A stretch of 64,000 nucleotides of DNA, taken from the NCBI GenBank assembly GCA_025774935.1, contig JALGZK010000008.1, forward strand, positions 17,576 to 81,575, in the 5' to 3' direction. Position 1 is the stretch's first letter; every line of letters begins with the position of its first letter. Below are positions 51,352-58,923 of the stretch, piece after piece. The notes under the pieces were generated by a model. The model did no database searches, was not told the DNA's origin, and was given only the letters and a program-made list of their open reading frames with translations. The position numbers and the translations under genes were made by a program. This DNA is from a bacterium (GTDB taxonomy: Bacteria > Joyebacterota > Joyebacteria > Joyebacterales > Joyebacteraceae).

Positions 51352-53298
51352 ATGAATCGCATAGGGGTATTCTGCTGCTGGTGCGGCTCCAACATCGCGG
51401 GGGTCCTCGACCTCGACCGGGTCCTCGAGGAGACCGCTAAGATACCCGGCGTGGCGCACACGGAGTACTACAAGTACTTCTGTTCGCAGCCGGGCCAGGA
51501 GATGGTCATCAACGCCATCCGCGAGCACGAGCTCGACGGCGTGGTCATGGCCGCCTGCTCCCCCAGCATGCACGAGGGCACCTTCAGGAAGGCCGCCCAG
51601 CGCGCCGGGCTGAACGAGTACCAGCTCGAGATCGTGAACGTCCGCGAGCAGTGCTCGTGGGTCCACCAGCTCGAGAAGGACGCCGCGACGGACAAGGCTA
51701 TCAAGCTCATTGCCGCGATGGTCGAGAAGACGAAGCAGAACGAGCCGCTCACGGCCGGGACGGCGCCGGTCGTCCAGCGGGCTCTCGTGATCGGCGCCGG
51801 CATCAGCGGGATGCAGGCCGCGCTCGACATCGCCAACGGCGGGTGCGAGGTTGTCCTCGTCGAGAAGGAGCCCTCGATCGGCGGACACATGGCGCAGCTC
51901 TCCGAGACGTTCCCGACACTCGACTGCTCGCAGTGCATCATGACGCCTAGGATGGTCGAGGTCGCCCAACACGAGAACATCAGGCTCATGACCTACTCGA
52001 ACGTCGACGAGGTGACCGGCAACGTCGGCAACTTCCACGTCAAGGTCCGGACGAAGGCGGCGTTCGTCGACCGCGACACGTGCACGGGCTGCGGGCTCTG
52101 CATCGAGAAGTGCCCCGCGAAGACGAGCTCGGAGTTCAGCCGGGGGCTCGAGAACAGGAAGGCGATCTACGTCAACTCGCCTCAGGCCGTTCCGAACCAG
52201 CCCGTGATCGACGCCGAGCACTGCATGTACCTCCTGAACGGGAAGTGCGGGGTCTGCAAGAAGGTCTGCGAGATCGGCGCGATCGACTACGAGCAGGAGG
52301 ACCGCTTCGAGGAGATCGACGTCGGGGCGATCGTCGTCGCGACGGGGTACGACCTCTACGACCAGAAGGAGTTCCCCGAGTTCGGCGGCGGCGAGATACC
52401 GGACGTCATCGACGGGCTCCAGTTCGAGCGCCTGAACTCCGCCAGCGGTCCGACCCTCGGCGAGATCCGACGCCCCTCGGACGGGAAGATCCCGAAGCAG
52501 ATCGTCTTCATCCAGTGCTGCGGGTCGCGGGACCCGGAGAACGGGGTACCGTACTGCTCGCGCATCTGCTGCATGTACACGGGCAAGCAGGCGATGCTCT
52601 ACAAGCACAAGGTCCACGACGGCCAGGCCTACGTCTTCTACATGGACATCCGCGCGGGCGGAAAGGGCTACGAGGAGTTCATCCAGCGGGGCATCGAGGA
52701 GACGAACACGATCTACTTCCGGGGACGCGTGTCGCGTCTCTACCGGCAGAACGGGAAGGTGATGGTCTCCGGTGTCGACACGCTGTCCGGACAGACCATC
52801 GAGATACCGGCGGACATGGTGGTCCTCGCGACGGCCATCGTGCCGAGCGAGGGCGCCGCGCAGGTCGCCGAGACTCTCAACGTCGCCACGAGCGAGAGCG
52901 GGTTCTTCGCCGAGGCGCACGTGAAGCTCCGCCCCGTCGAGACGCAGCGGCGCGGCATCTTCCTGGCGGGCTGCGCGCAGGCGCCGAAAGACATCCCGGA
53001 CGCGGTGTCGCAGGCGGGATGCGCCGCCTCGAAGGCGCTTGCCCTCCTCGCGTCGCGGCAGCTCAAGTCCGAGGCGCAGGTCGCGATCGTCGACGAGGAA
53101 CGGTGCGCCGCGTGCGGCATGTGCGTCGCGGCGTGCCCCTACGGAGCGAGAACCCTCGACGAGGAGCGGAACGTTGCCGAGGTCGACGAGAGCCTGTGCG
53201 AGGGATGCGGAGCGTGCGTGGCGACGTGTCTCAACAAGGCGTGTGAGCTCAAGAACCTGACGTCTCGACAGATCAGCACGATGGTCGGGGAACTGTAA
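51352..53298 (+). CDS. hdrA: Heterodisulfide reductase subunit A (full-length, copy 2; tandem paralogue)
   Basis: 648 aa, collinear with copy 1 and highly similar by eye (MNRIGVFCCWCGSNIAG..., CTGCGLCIEKCP, QCCGSRD, CSRICC, CAACGMCVAACP, CEGCGACVATC). Confidence 0.92.
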   Translation: MNRIGVFCCWCGSNIAGVLDLDRVLEETAKIPGVAHTEYYKYFCSQPGQEMVINAIREHELDGVVMAACSPSMHEGTFRKAAQRAGLNEYQLEIVNVREQCSWVHQLEKDAATDKAIKLIAAMVEKTKQNEPLTAGTAPVVQRALVIGAGISGMQAALDIANGGCEVVLVEKEPSIGGHMAQLSETFPTLDCSQCIMTPRMVEVAQHENIRLMTYSNVDEVTGNVGNFHVKVRTKAAFVDRDTCTGCGLCIEKCPAKTSSEFSRGLENRKAIYVNSPQAVPNQPVIDAEHCMYLLNGKCGVCKKVCEIGAIDYEQEDRFEEIDVGAIVVATGYDLYDQKEFPEFGGGEIPDVIDGLQFERLNSASGPTLGEIRRPSDGKIPKQIVFIQCCGSRDPENGVPYCSRICCMYTGKQAMLYKHKVHDGQAYVFYMDIRAGGKGYEEFIQRGIEETNTIYFRGRVSRLYRQNGKVMVSGVDTLSGQTIEIPADMVVLATAIVPSEGAAQVAETLNVATSESGFFAEAHVKLRPVETQRRGIFLAGCAQAPKDIPDAVSQAGCAASKALALLASRQLKSEAQVAIVDEERCAACGMCVAACPYGARTLDEERNVAEVDESLCEGCGACVATCLNKACELKNLTSRQISTMVGEL

Positions 53299-53900
53299 TG
53301 GCGACGAAGACGACGGCGACCATCATAGACACGACACAGGCCGGAACCGCTGGCGGCGAGCTCTGCTCCGCCGTGATCGAGTCGAGCGGCCAGCCGGTTC
53401 TCTCCTGCTACCAGTGCCAGCGGTGCGGTGGCGGGTGCCCCGTGGCCGTCGCGAGCGGGACCACTCCCAGCGACTTCCTCCGGCTCCTGTCCCTCGGCCT
53501 CGCCGACGAGGCGCGGAAGAGCCCACTCCTCTGGCTGTGCGCCGGGTGCGGGACCTGCGGCGCGCGATGCCCGAACAAGATCTCGACGAACGAGGTCATC
53601 GACGAGCTGAGGGCGGTGACGGCAGGGCGCGGGAGCGCTGCCGAGGGAACTGGCGACATCCCGGTGTTCCACCGGCTGTTCCTCAAGCAGATCCAGTACC
53701 TCGGCCGCCAGCACGAGCTCTTCCTGATCGGCGCGCTCAAGATGCGTACGCGGAAGTTCCTCAAGGACATCGATCTCGGCTATCAGATGTTCCGGAAGGG
53801 GAAGCTGCCGCTCCTGCCCCACAGGGCGTCCGGCATCCCGGAGGTGCGGTCGATCTTCAAGGCGAGGGCGAACGCGAGGAAGGGGGCCGGCGAGCGATGA
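53298..53900 (+). CDS. hdrC: Heterodisulfide reductase subunit C-like (copy 2)
   Basis: 200 aa with CYQCQRCGGGCP and CAGCGTCGARCP. Its start overlaps the hdrA stop and its stop overlaps the hdrB start (ATGA). Confidence 0.8.
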   Translation: MATKTTATIIDTTQAGTAGGELCSAVIESSGQPVLSCYQCQRCGGGCPVAVASGTTPSDFLRLLSLGLADEARKSPLLWLCAGCGTCGARCPNKISTNEVIDELRAVTAGRGSAAEGTGDIPVFHRLFLKQIQYLGRQHELFLIGALKMRTRKFLKDIDLGYQMFRKGKLPLLPHRASGIPEVRSIFKARANARKGAGER

Positions 53901-54760
53901 ACCGATACTGCTATTACCCCGGCTGCTCCCTCACCTCCTCGGCCGTCGAGTACGACCGGTCGTGCCGGTCGGTCTGCGAGGCGCTCGGGATCAGGCTCGA
54001 CGAGCCCGCCGACTGGAACTGCTGCGGCGCGTCATCAGCGCACGCGCTCGACCGTGACGTCGACCTGGCGCTCTCGGCGAGAAACATCTCACTCGCGCAC
54101 CGCGAGGGGCTCGAGATGGCGATCCCGTGCGCCGCGTGCTACTCGCGCACCGCGCACGCGTGGCAGGTGCTCAGAGACGACCCGGACGAGAGACGGAAGC
54201 TCGAGAGCGAACTCGGCTTCGAGTTCCGCGAGGACCTCCCGGTCCATCATCTCCTGCAGATCGTCGATGAGGTGACGGCGGTCCGAGGCCTGGCCAGGCC
54301 CGCCGACGATGGGGCCGAGCCCGGCGACGGGTCCGGTGACGTGACCCGGATCGTCCCCGGCGTCTCGAAGGTCGCGTGCTACTACGGCTGCCTCATCAAC
54401 CGGCCGCGGAACATCAACCCAGGCGACGACATGGAGAACCCGCAGGCGATGGAGAGGATTCTCGCCCGCGCAGGATACGAGTCCGTGCCGTGGTCGTTCG
54501 CGACGGAGTGCTGCGGTGCCTCGCTCTCGTTGACGCGCGACGACGTGGTCCGTGATCTCGTCGGGCGCATCGTCGACGCAGCGCGGGAGGCGGGCGCCGA
54601 CGCGATCGTGACCGGCTGCCCGCTCTGCCAGGTGAACCTCGAGTCGCGGCAGGACGGGGGGTTCCCCGTGTTCTACTTCACTGAGCTTCTCGGCGTAGCG
54701 CTGGGGCTTCCCGAAGCGAAGGACTGGCTCAGGATGCACCTCGTGGACACGGGCGCCTGA
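53897..54760 (+). CDS. hdrB: Heterodisulfide reductase subunit B-like (copy 2)
   Basis: I trimmed the start to ATG 53897. It has the N-terminal YYPGCSL and two CCG domains (NCCGASSAH, TECCGASLSL). Confidence 0.85.
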   Translation: MNRYCYYPGCSLTSSAVEYDRSCRSVCEALGIRLDEPADWNCCGASSAHALDRDVDLALSARNISLAHREGLEMAIPCAACYSRTAHAWQVLRDDPDERRKLESELGFEFREDLPVHHLLQIVDEVTAVRGLARPADDGAEPGDGSGDVTRIVPGVSKVACYYGCLINRPRNINPGDDMENPQAMERILARAGYESVPWSFATECCGASLSLTRDDVVRDLVGRIVDAAREAGADAIVTGCPLCQVNLESRQDGGFPVFYFTELLGVALGLPEAKDWLRMHLVDTGA

Positions 54761-54796
54761 CCCGAAGGTAGACGCCCGTGGGAATCGCGAGCAATC

Positions 54797-54818
54797 GGCT
54801 CCTCCGAAAGGGGGAGCC
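54797..54818. terminator. GNRA-loop hairpin between convergent hdrB2 and the FMN-binding gene
   Basis: Stem GGCTCCTCC, loop GAAA, stem GGGGGAGCC. It has no clear U-tract. A paralogous hairpin sits at 55708-55733. Confidence 0.35.
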
Positions 54819-54837
54819 GTCGTACGTCCGGGAGCTG

Positions 54838-55572
54838 CTACTCCGCGGTGTCCTCGACCGGAGGCTCGGTGTCGACGGGAGCATCGGTCTCCGCCGGCGT
54901 CTCTTCCGCCGGCTCCACCTCCTCCATGGGAGCGTCCTTCAGGCAGAACTCCTTGCACAGAACGACCGCCTTCGTCACTGCCGCACACGCGCTCCGGGAC
55001 GAGACCGTCGCGCCGCTCACCGCGGTGACGTTCTCCCCGATCTCGACCTCGGTCTCAGCCGTCATCCCTTCGAACTGGGTGAGGAACGTCTGGCGTTCGA
55101 TCCCCTTGCCACGTCGCTCGCCGTGCTTGAGAATCTCCACGTGCGTGACCGCGCCTTCGGAATCCAAGCCGACCAGGTAGTCGACCATGCCCCACTTCCC
55201 GGGGGCGTCGACGACGACCGCGGTCCCCAGGTCCTCGCCGTCCTTCGAGGCGTGGAAGAACAGGAAGACAGTGGTCGGTTGGTACTCGGCCGCCTCAAGC
55301 GCGACCATCGTCTCCTCGTAGTCCTCGGCCAGGGGGCAGCCCCACGCTTCCTTCTCGGCCGTCGTGAGGAGGACGTGCCTGTGCTCCTCCTCGAGCCTGA
55401 GAAGAGTCTCGGCCGAGAGCTCGTACTCCTTGGGTGTGATCGTCACGCCCTCCCCGAACGTGAGCGCCAGGGCTTCCTCGACCGTGGCGACGGTCTTCGC
55501 GTGAGAGACGCCCGAAGCCACGACCACTGCGAAGGCGAGCGCGGCAGCTGCAACGATTCCTCGCTTCGTCAT
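54838..55572 (-). CDS. Secreted FMN-binding-domain protein (ApbE substrate-like), paralogue A
   Basis: I trimmed the start to ATG 55572 (SD GGAGGTG), giving the signal MTKRGIVAAAALAFAVVVASGVSHA. It has the flavinylation-type motif TAVSGATVSS and an acidic Pro/Glu/Thr tail. Confidence 0.8.
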   Translation of the reverse strand: MTKRGIVAAAALAFAVVVASGVSHAKTVATVEEALALTFGEGVTITPKEYELSAETLLRLEEEHRHVLLTTAEKEAWGCPLAEDYEETMVALEAAEYQPTTVFLFFHASKDGEDLGTAVVVDAPGKWGMVDYLVGLDSEGAVTHVEILKHGERRGKGIERQTFLTQFEGMTAETEVEIGENVTAVSGATVSSRSACAAVTKAVVLCKEFCLKDAPMEEVEPAEETPAETDAPVDTEPPVEDTAE

Positions 55573-55585
55573 CCTGCAGCACCTC

Positions 55586-55685
55586 CTGGTGGTTTCCCGG
55601 CGGGGACCTGGCTCGGCCCCCACCCCGCTCGTGTAGAGCACATCATCTGAACCGTCGCCATTGTAGCATCGAGGTCGGCCGTCTA
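55586..55685 (-). pseudogene. Remnant of an apbE 3' end left by a tandem duplication
   Basis: The sequence is collinear with 56514-56615, the end of apbE. The encoded MLYTSGVGAEPGP matches the ApbE C-terminus VLHTSGMGTELKSP. The stop TAG (cta at 56514-56516) is CAG here. Confidence 0.55.
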
Positions 55686-55707
55686 CTCGGTGAATCTAAG
55701 AACATCA

Positions 55708-55733
55708 GCGGCTCCGCCGGAAGGGGGAGCCGC
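55708..55733 (-). terminator. Hairpin downstream of FMN-binding paralogue B
   Basis: An 8-bp stem GCGGCTCC/GGAGCCGC. It is paralogous to the hairpin at 54797-54818. Confidence 0.35.
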
Positions 55734-55750
55734 CGTGTGTCACGGACCGG

Positions 55751-56500
55751 CTACTCGCCGGTGCTCTCGGCCGGCGGCTGAGACTCCTCCGCGGCGCCTG
55801 TCTGCGACGGAGCGTCCGCCTCCGGTGGCGGCGCTGTCTCCGTGGGAGCCTCGGTCTCTTCCGGAGTGTCCTTGAGACAGAACTCCTCGCACAGGACGAC
55901 CGCTTTCGTCACGGCCGCACACGCGCTTCGAGACGAGATCGTCGCGCCGCTGACGGCGGTGATGTTCTCCATGACCTCGATCGAGGAGGTCATCCCCTCG
56001 AACTGAGTCAGGAAGGCGCGACGCTCGATTCCCTTGCCGCGTCGCTCATCATGCGCGAGGATCTCCACGCGCGTGACCGCGCCCTCGAGGTCGACCCCGA
56101 CCAGGTAGTCGACCATTCCCCACTTCCCGGGGGCGTCGACGATCACTGCGCTGCCGAGATTCTCGCCGTCCTTCGAGGCGTGGAAGAATTCGAAGCTCGT
56201 GGTCGGCTGGTACTCGAGTTCCTTGAGCTCCGCCATCGCCTCCTCGTAGTCCTCAGCGAGAGGGCACCCCCACGACTTCTTCTCGTCTGCAGTGAGGAGG
56301 GTGTGCTTGTGCTGCTCCTCCAGACTGATGAGCATTTCGGCCGTGAGTTCGTACACTTCCGGCGTGATGGTCACTCCTTCGCCGAACGTCAACGCCAGTG
56401 CCTCCTCGACGGTGGCGACGGATTTCGCGTGGGCAAAGCCCGACAGCGCGACAGCCGCGATCGTGAACGCGATGGCGGCAGCGGTTCCTCGCTTCGTCAT
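55751..56500 (-). CDS. Secreted FMN-binding-domain protein (ApbE substrate-like), paralogue B
   Basis: 249 aa with the signal MTKRGTAAAIAFTIAAVALSGFAHA, the motif TAVSGATISS and an acidic tail. By eye it is roughly three-quarters identical to paralogue A. Confidence 0.8.
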   Translation of the reverse strand: MTKRGTAAAIAFTIAAVALSGFAHAKSVATVEEALALTFGEGVTITPEVYELTAEMLISLEEQHKHTLLTADEKKSWGCPLAEDYEEAMAELKELEYQPTTSFEFFHASKDGENLGSAVIVDAPGKWGMVDYLVGVDLEGAVTRVEILAHDERRGKGIERRAFLTQFEGMTSSIEVMENITAVSGATISSRSACAAVTKAVVLCEEFCLKDTPEETEAPTETAPPPEADAPSQTGAAEESQPPAESTGE

Positions 56501-56513
56501 CCTGCTGCACCTC

Positions 56514-57626
56514 CTAGTGGTCTCCGGGCGGGGACTTGAGTTCGGTCCCCATCCCGCTCGTGTGGAGCACCTCGCCAGATACCGTCACCATTATAACCTC
56601 TAGATCAGCAAGCTGCTCGGCGAATTGCAGGCCCCTCTGAGGTCCCATCACGAACAACGCCGTGGCCCAGGCGTCGGCCATCGTCGGGTCGGGAGATATG
56701 ACGGTGATGCCGGACAGCTCTTCAGCCGGGTACCCCGTCCTGGGATCGAAGATGTGATGGTAGCGCTTCCCCTCGTGGATGAAGAACCGCTCGTAATCGC
56801 CGGAGCCCATCACTGCCGTGTCCTCGACCTCGAGGTATCCGAGAAGGCCCTCCCCCCGCGTGGCCCTGATGCCGACCTTCCAGGGGCCCCCGTCGCGCAC
56901 CCCCAGGGCGTAGATGTCGCCCCCGGCATCGATGAGAGCCTCGGTCACCCCCATCTCCTCGAGCACCCGCACACCCTCGCCGACCGCGTAGCCCTTGGCG
57001 ATCCCGCCGAGGTCGATCCTGACATCTTCCCGGGTCTTCGTGAGCGAGCCTTCTTCGAGAGTCAGGTACTCGTACCCGACTCTTTCCAGACACTCCTCGA
57101 CCTCCTGGCGCTCGGGGAGCTCCGGGGCCTCATCGTAGAAACCCCACAGCTCGATCAGGGGTGAGATGCTTACGTCGAACGCCCCGTCGGTCGAGCGAGA
57201 CATCTCGAGCGCAGGACCGACGATGCCGAGAATCTCCGTGTCGGTCACGGGGATTCCATTGTGGTTGAACGCGTGGAGGGGGCTCTCGGGGTTCAGGATG
57301 TTGAACTTGTCGTCGACCTCCTCCATCCGGTCGAGCGCGGCGTTGAGGGCGGCGACCGCGCTCTCCTCCGGACCTCGCGCGTGGATTGTGACGTAGGTCC
57401 CCATCATGAAGCGGGTCTTCTCGAATACTTCCGCCGGGGCTCCCTCGCCAACGCCTGACGTGCACGACGTGAGCACCGTGACACTCAGGGGAGCAAGCAC
57501 TATCGCGGCAACAGCGGCTCGGGCTGGTCGTCTCACGGGGATTCCCCGGCTTTGGGCCTTGTCGTGGTTGAGCGGTACCGGCGGGAACCGGATCGCGTGA
57601 CACATTCTAGCAGACTCGCACATCAA
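56514..57626 (-). CDS. apbE: FAD:protein FMN transferase ApbE (lipoprotein)
   Basis: 370 aa with lipobox-like VLTSC and ApbE blocks (FMMGTYVTI, DLGGIAKGYAV, IDAGGDIY, SGDYERF, HIFDPRTG). The start may be an internal ATG. Confidence 0.9.
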   Translation of the reverse strand: MMCESARMCHAIRFPPVPLNHDKAQSRGIPVRRPARAAVAAIVLAPLSVTVLTSCTSGVGEGAPAEVFEKTRFMMGTYVTIHARGPEESAVAALNAALDRMEEVDDKFNILNPESPLHAFNHNGIPVTDTEILGIVGPALEMSRSTDGAFDVSISPLIELWGFYDEAPELPERQEVEECLERVGYEYLTLEEGSLTKTREDVRIDLGGIAKGYAVGEGVRVLEEMGVTEALIDAGGDIYALGVRDGGPWKVGIRATRGEGLLGYLEVEDTAVMGSGDYERFFIHEGKRYHHIFDPRTGYPAEELSGITVISPDPTMADAWATALFVMGPQRGLQFAEQLADLEVIMVTVSGEVLHTSGMGTELKSPPGDH

Positions 57627-57704
57627 GGCAAATCAAAGGCCCCGAGTCCAGAGGACCCGGGGCCTTCGGTCTTCGTACATCTGTCGGCGACATCACACTA
57701 GTCG

Positions 57705-58823
57705 CTAGAACGTCGCCCTCACACCGACGTTGATGCGGCCGTACTTGAGGGCGGTCTCGTCTCCGGGCGGGTATCTGTCGCCGCTCGGATCCGTCCGCTC
57801 GGCGTCGATGGAGTCGTAGGCGAACATCACGCTGACGCCGTCCGCCGGTCGCCAGTTCGCGCCCAGCGTCCACTGCGTGTAGTTCTCGTCCATCTCGGCG
57901 CCGGCAAAGAAAAACCCGGCCCAGTTCATGTCGGTAACCGAATAGCCGCCCATCAGCTCCCACGTCGGCGTGACATCGTAGAACGCCTTCACGTACCAGC
58001 CCGAAGGCTCCCCGTCCACGTCGTCGCTGACCAGCTTCTCGTAGGTCCCGCCCAGGTACTCGCCGCGGACGTTGAACGCCGCCATGGTGTAGTCCACACC
58101 GAGGGCGTAACGGGTCATGTTGTTGCCGTCGTCGTCGTACTCCCCGTAGCCGAACGAGCCCAGGAACTTCAGGTTGCCGTTCATCAGCTCCGGCGCCGTG
58201 TGGAACATGAAGGTCCACGCGTCGTCCGTCTGACCGCTGACATCGGACGTGGGGCCGTTCGTAAGGTAGAGATACGCCGGGATCGCGTAGCCCTCGCCCT
58301 CGAAGTTCTTGTAGAACTCCACTCCCACATCGTGCCAGGAGCCGAGCCACGAGTTAGCCGAAACGACGTACGCGTTGTACTGCTCGTCCCAGAAGAGCTC
58401 GTAGCCGTAGTCCCAGCAGAACAGCGGCTTCAGGTAGCCCGCCTTCATCTCGTAGTCCGCCGGCATGTACCAGATCACCGCGGCCCTGAGAATCTCGACG
58501 TGCGCCTCGCTCGACGGGCTCCTCGTGATCTCCTCGGAGCCGAGTCTCGGCGTAGCGCCTGCCGAGAACCGGATCTCCGGCTGCGCCTCGACGGCCCAGT
58601 CGTCGGCGATCTCCCTGTAGAAGTTGAGGATCACCTGGCTCAGACCGGCCGACGCGCCGTTCTTGGAACTCGTCGTCTCGTCGTCGTACGTGATCTCACC
58701 GTCGCTCGAGTCGTAGAGGAAGAACTTGACAGTTCCGCCGACGGTCGTCTCCTGAGCGTTCACAAGCCCTGCACACATGAATACGAACATGCAGGCAGTG
58801 ACCAGGATCAGGATTGGCCTCAT
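57705..58823 (-). CDS. Outer-membrane porin-like beta-barrel protein
   Basis: I trimmed the start to ATG 58823 (SD GGGAGG), giving the signal MRPILILVTACMFVFMCAGLVNA. It has abundant alternating aromatic strands and the C-terminal INVGVRATF. Confidence 0.7.
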   Translation of the reverse strand: MRPILILVTACMFVFMCAGLVNAQETTVGGTVKFFLYDSSDGEITYDDETTSSKNGASAGLSQVILNFYREIADDWAVEAQPEIRFSAGATPRLGSEEITRSPSSEAHVEILRAAVIWYMPADYEMKAGYLKPLFCWDYGYELFWDEQYNAYVVSANSWLGSWHDVGVEFYKNFEGEGYAIPAYLYLTNGPTSDVSGQTDDAWTFMFHTAPELMNGNLKFLGSFGYGEYDDDGNNMTRYALGVDYTMAAFNVRGEYLGGTYEKLVSDDVDGEPSGWYVKAFYDVTPTWELMGGYSVTDMNWAGFFFAGAEMDENYTQWTLGANWRPADGVSVMFAYDSIDAERTDPSGDRYPPGDETALKYGRINVGVRATF

Positions 58824-58923
58824 ACCTTTACCTCCCTGCTGTGTCCGTCTTGGTCGAAACAATCGATCCGCACTGCTTCCGGTCCGATCCACCTCCTTCC
58901 CCGGCTGAAAGCCGTGCTCCAGT

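Larger units (their letters stand above)
54797..56620 (-). repeat. Tandem ~0.91-0.93 kb duplication (hairpin + FMN-binding gene + apbE 3' end) x2
   Basis: Unit 1 (~54797-55700) is collinear with unit 2 (~55708-56620). The collinearity covers the terminator hairpin, the CDS, the SD region GTCATCCTGC(A/T)GCACCTCCT(G/A)GTGG and the apbE tail. Confidence 0.7.

Noticed and set aside
48112-52920. 1602-aa minus-strand ORF across hdrB-hdrA-hdrA
   Set aside because: The ORF is antisense to the unmistakable HdrB and HdrA coding frames (CCG domains, QCVGSRD, multiple CxxCxxCxxxCP). Its composition is low-complexity Arg/Asp/Leu/Val with no motifs. The same reasoning applies to 37545..40454, 43771..45516, 46199..48346, 40470..41870, 1156..3399 and 14391..16463.
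49354-53298. Selenocysteine recoding (in-frame TGA plus SECIS) in hdrA or mvhD, as occurs in some lineages
   Set aside because: All the HdrA-like and MvhD ORFs are uninterrupted and carry Cys at the relevant N-terminal positions (FCCWCG, FICRCG). No in-frame TGA needs explaining.
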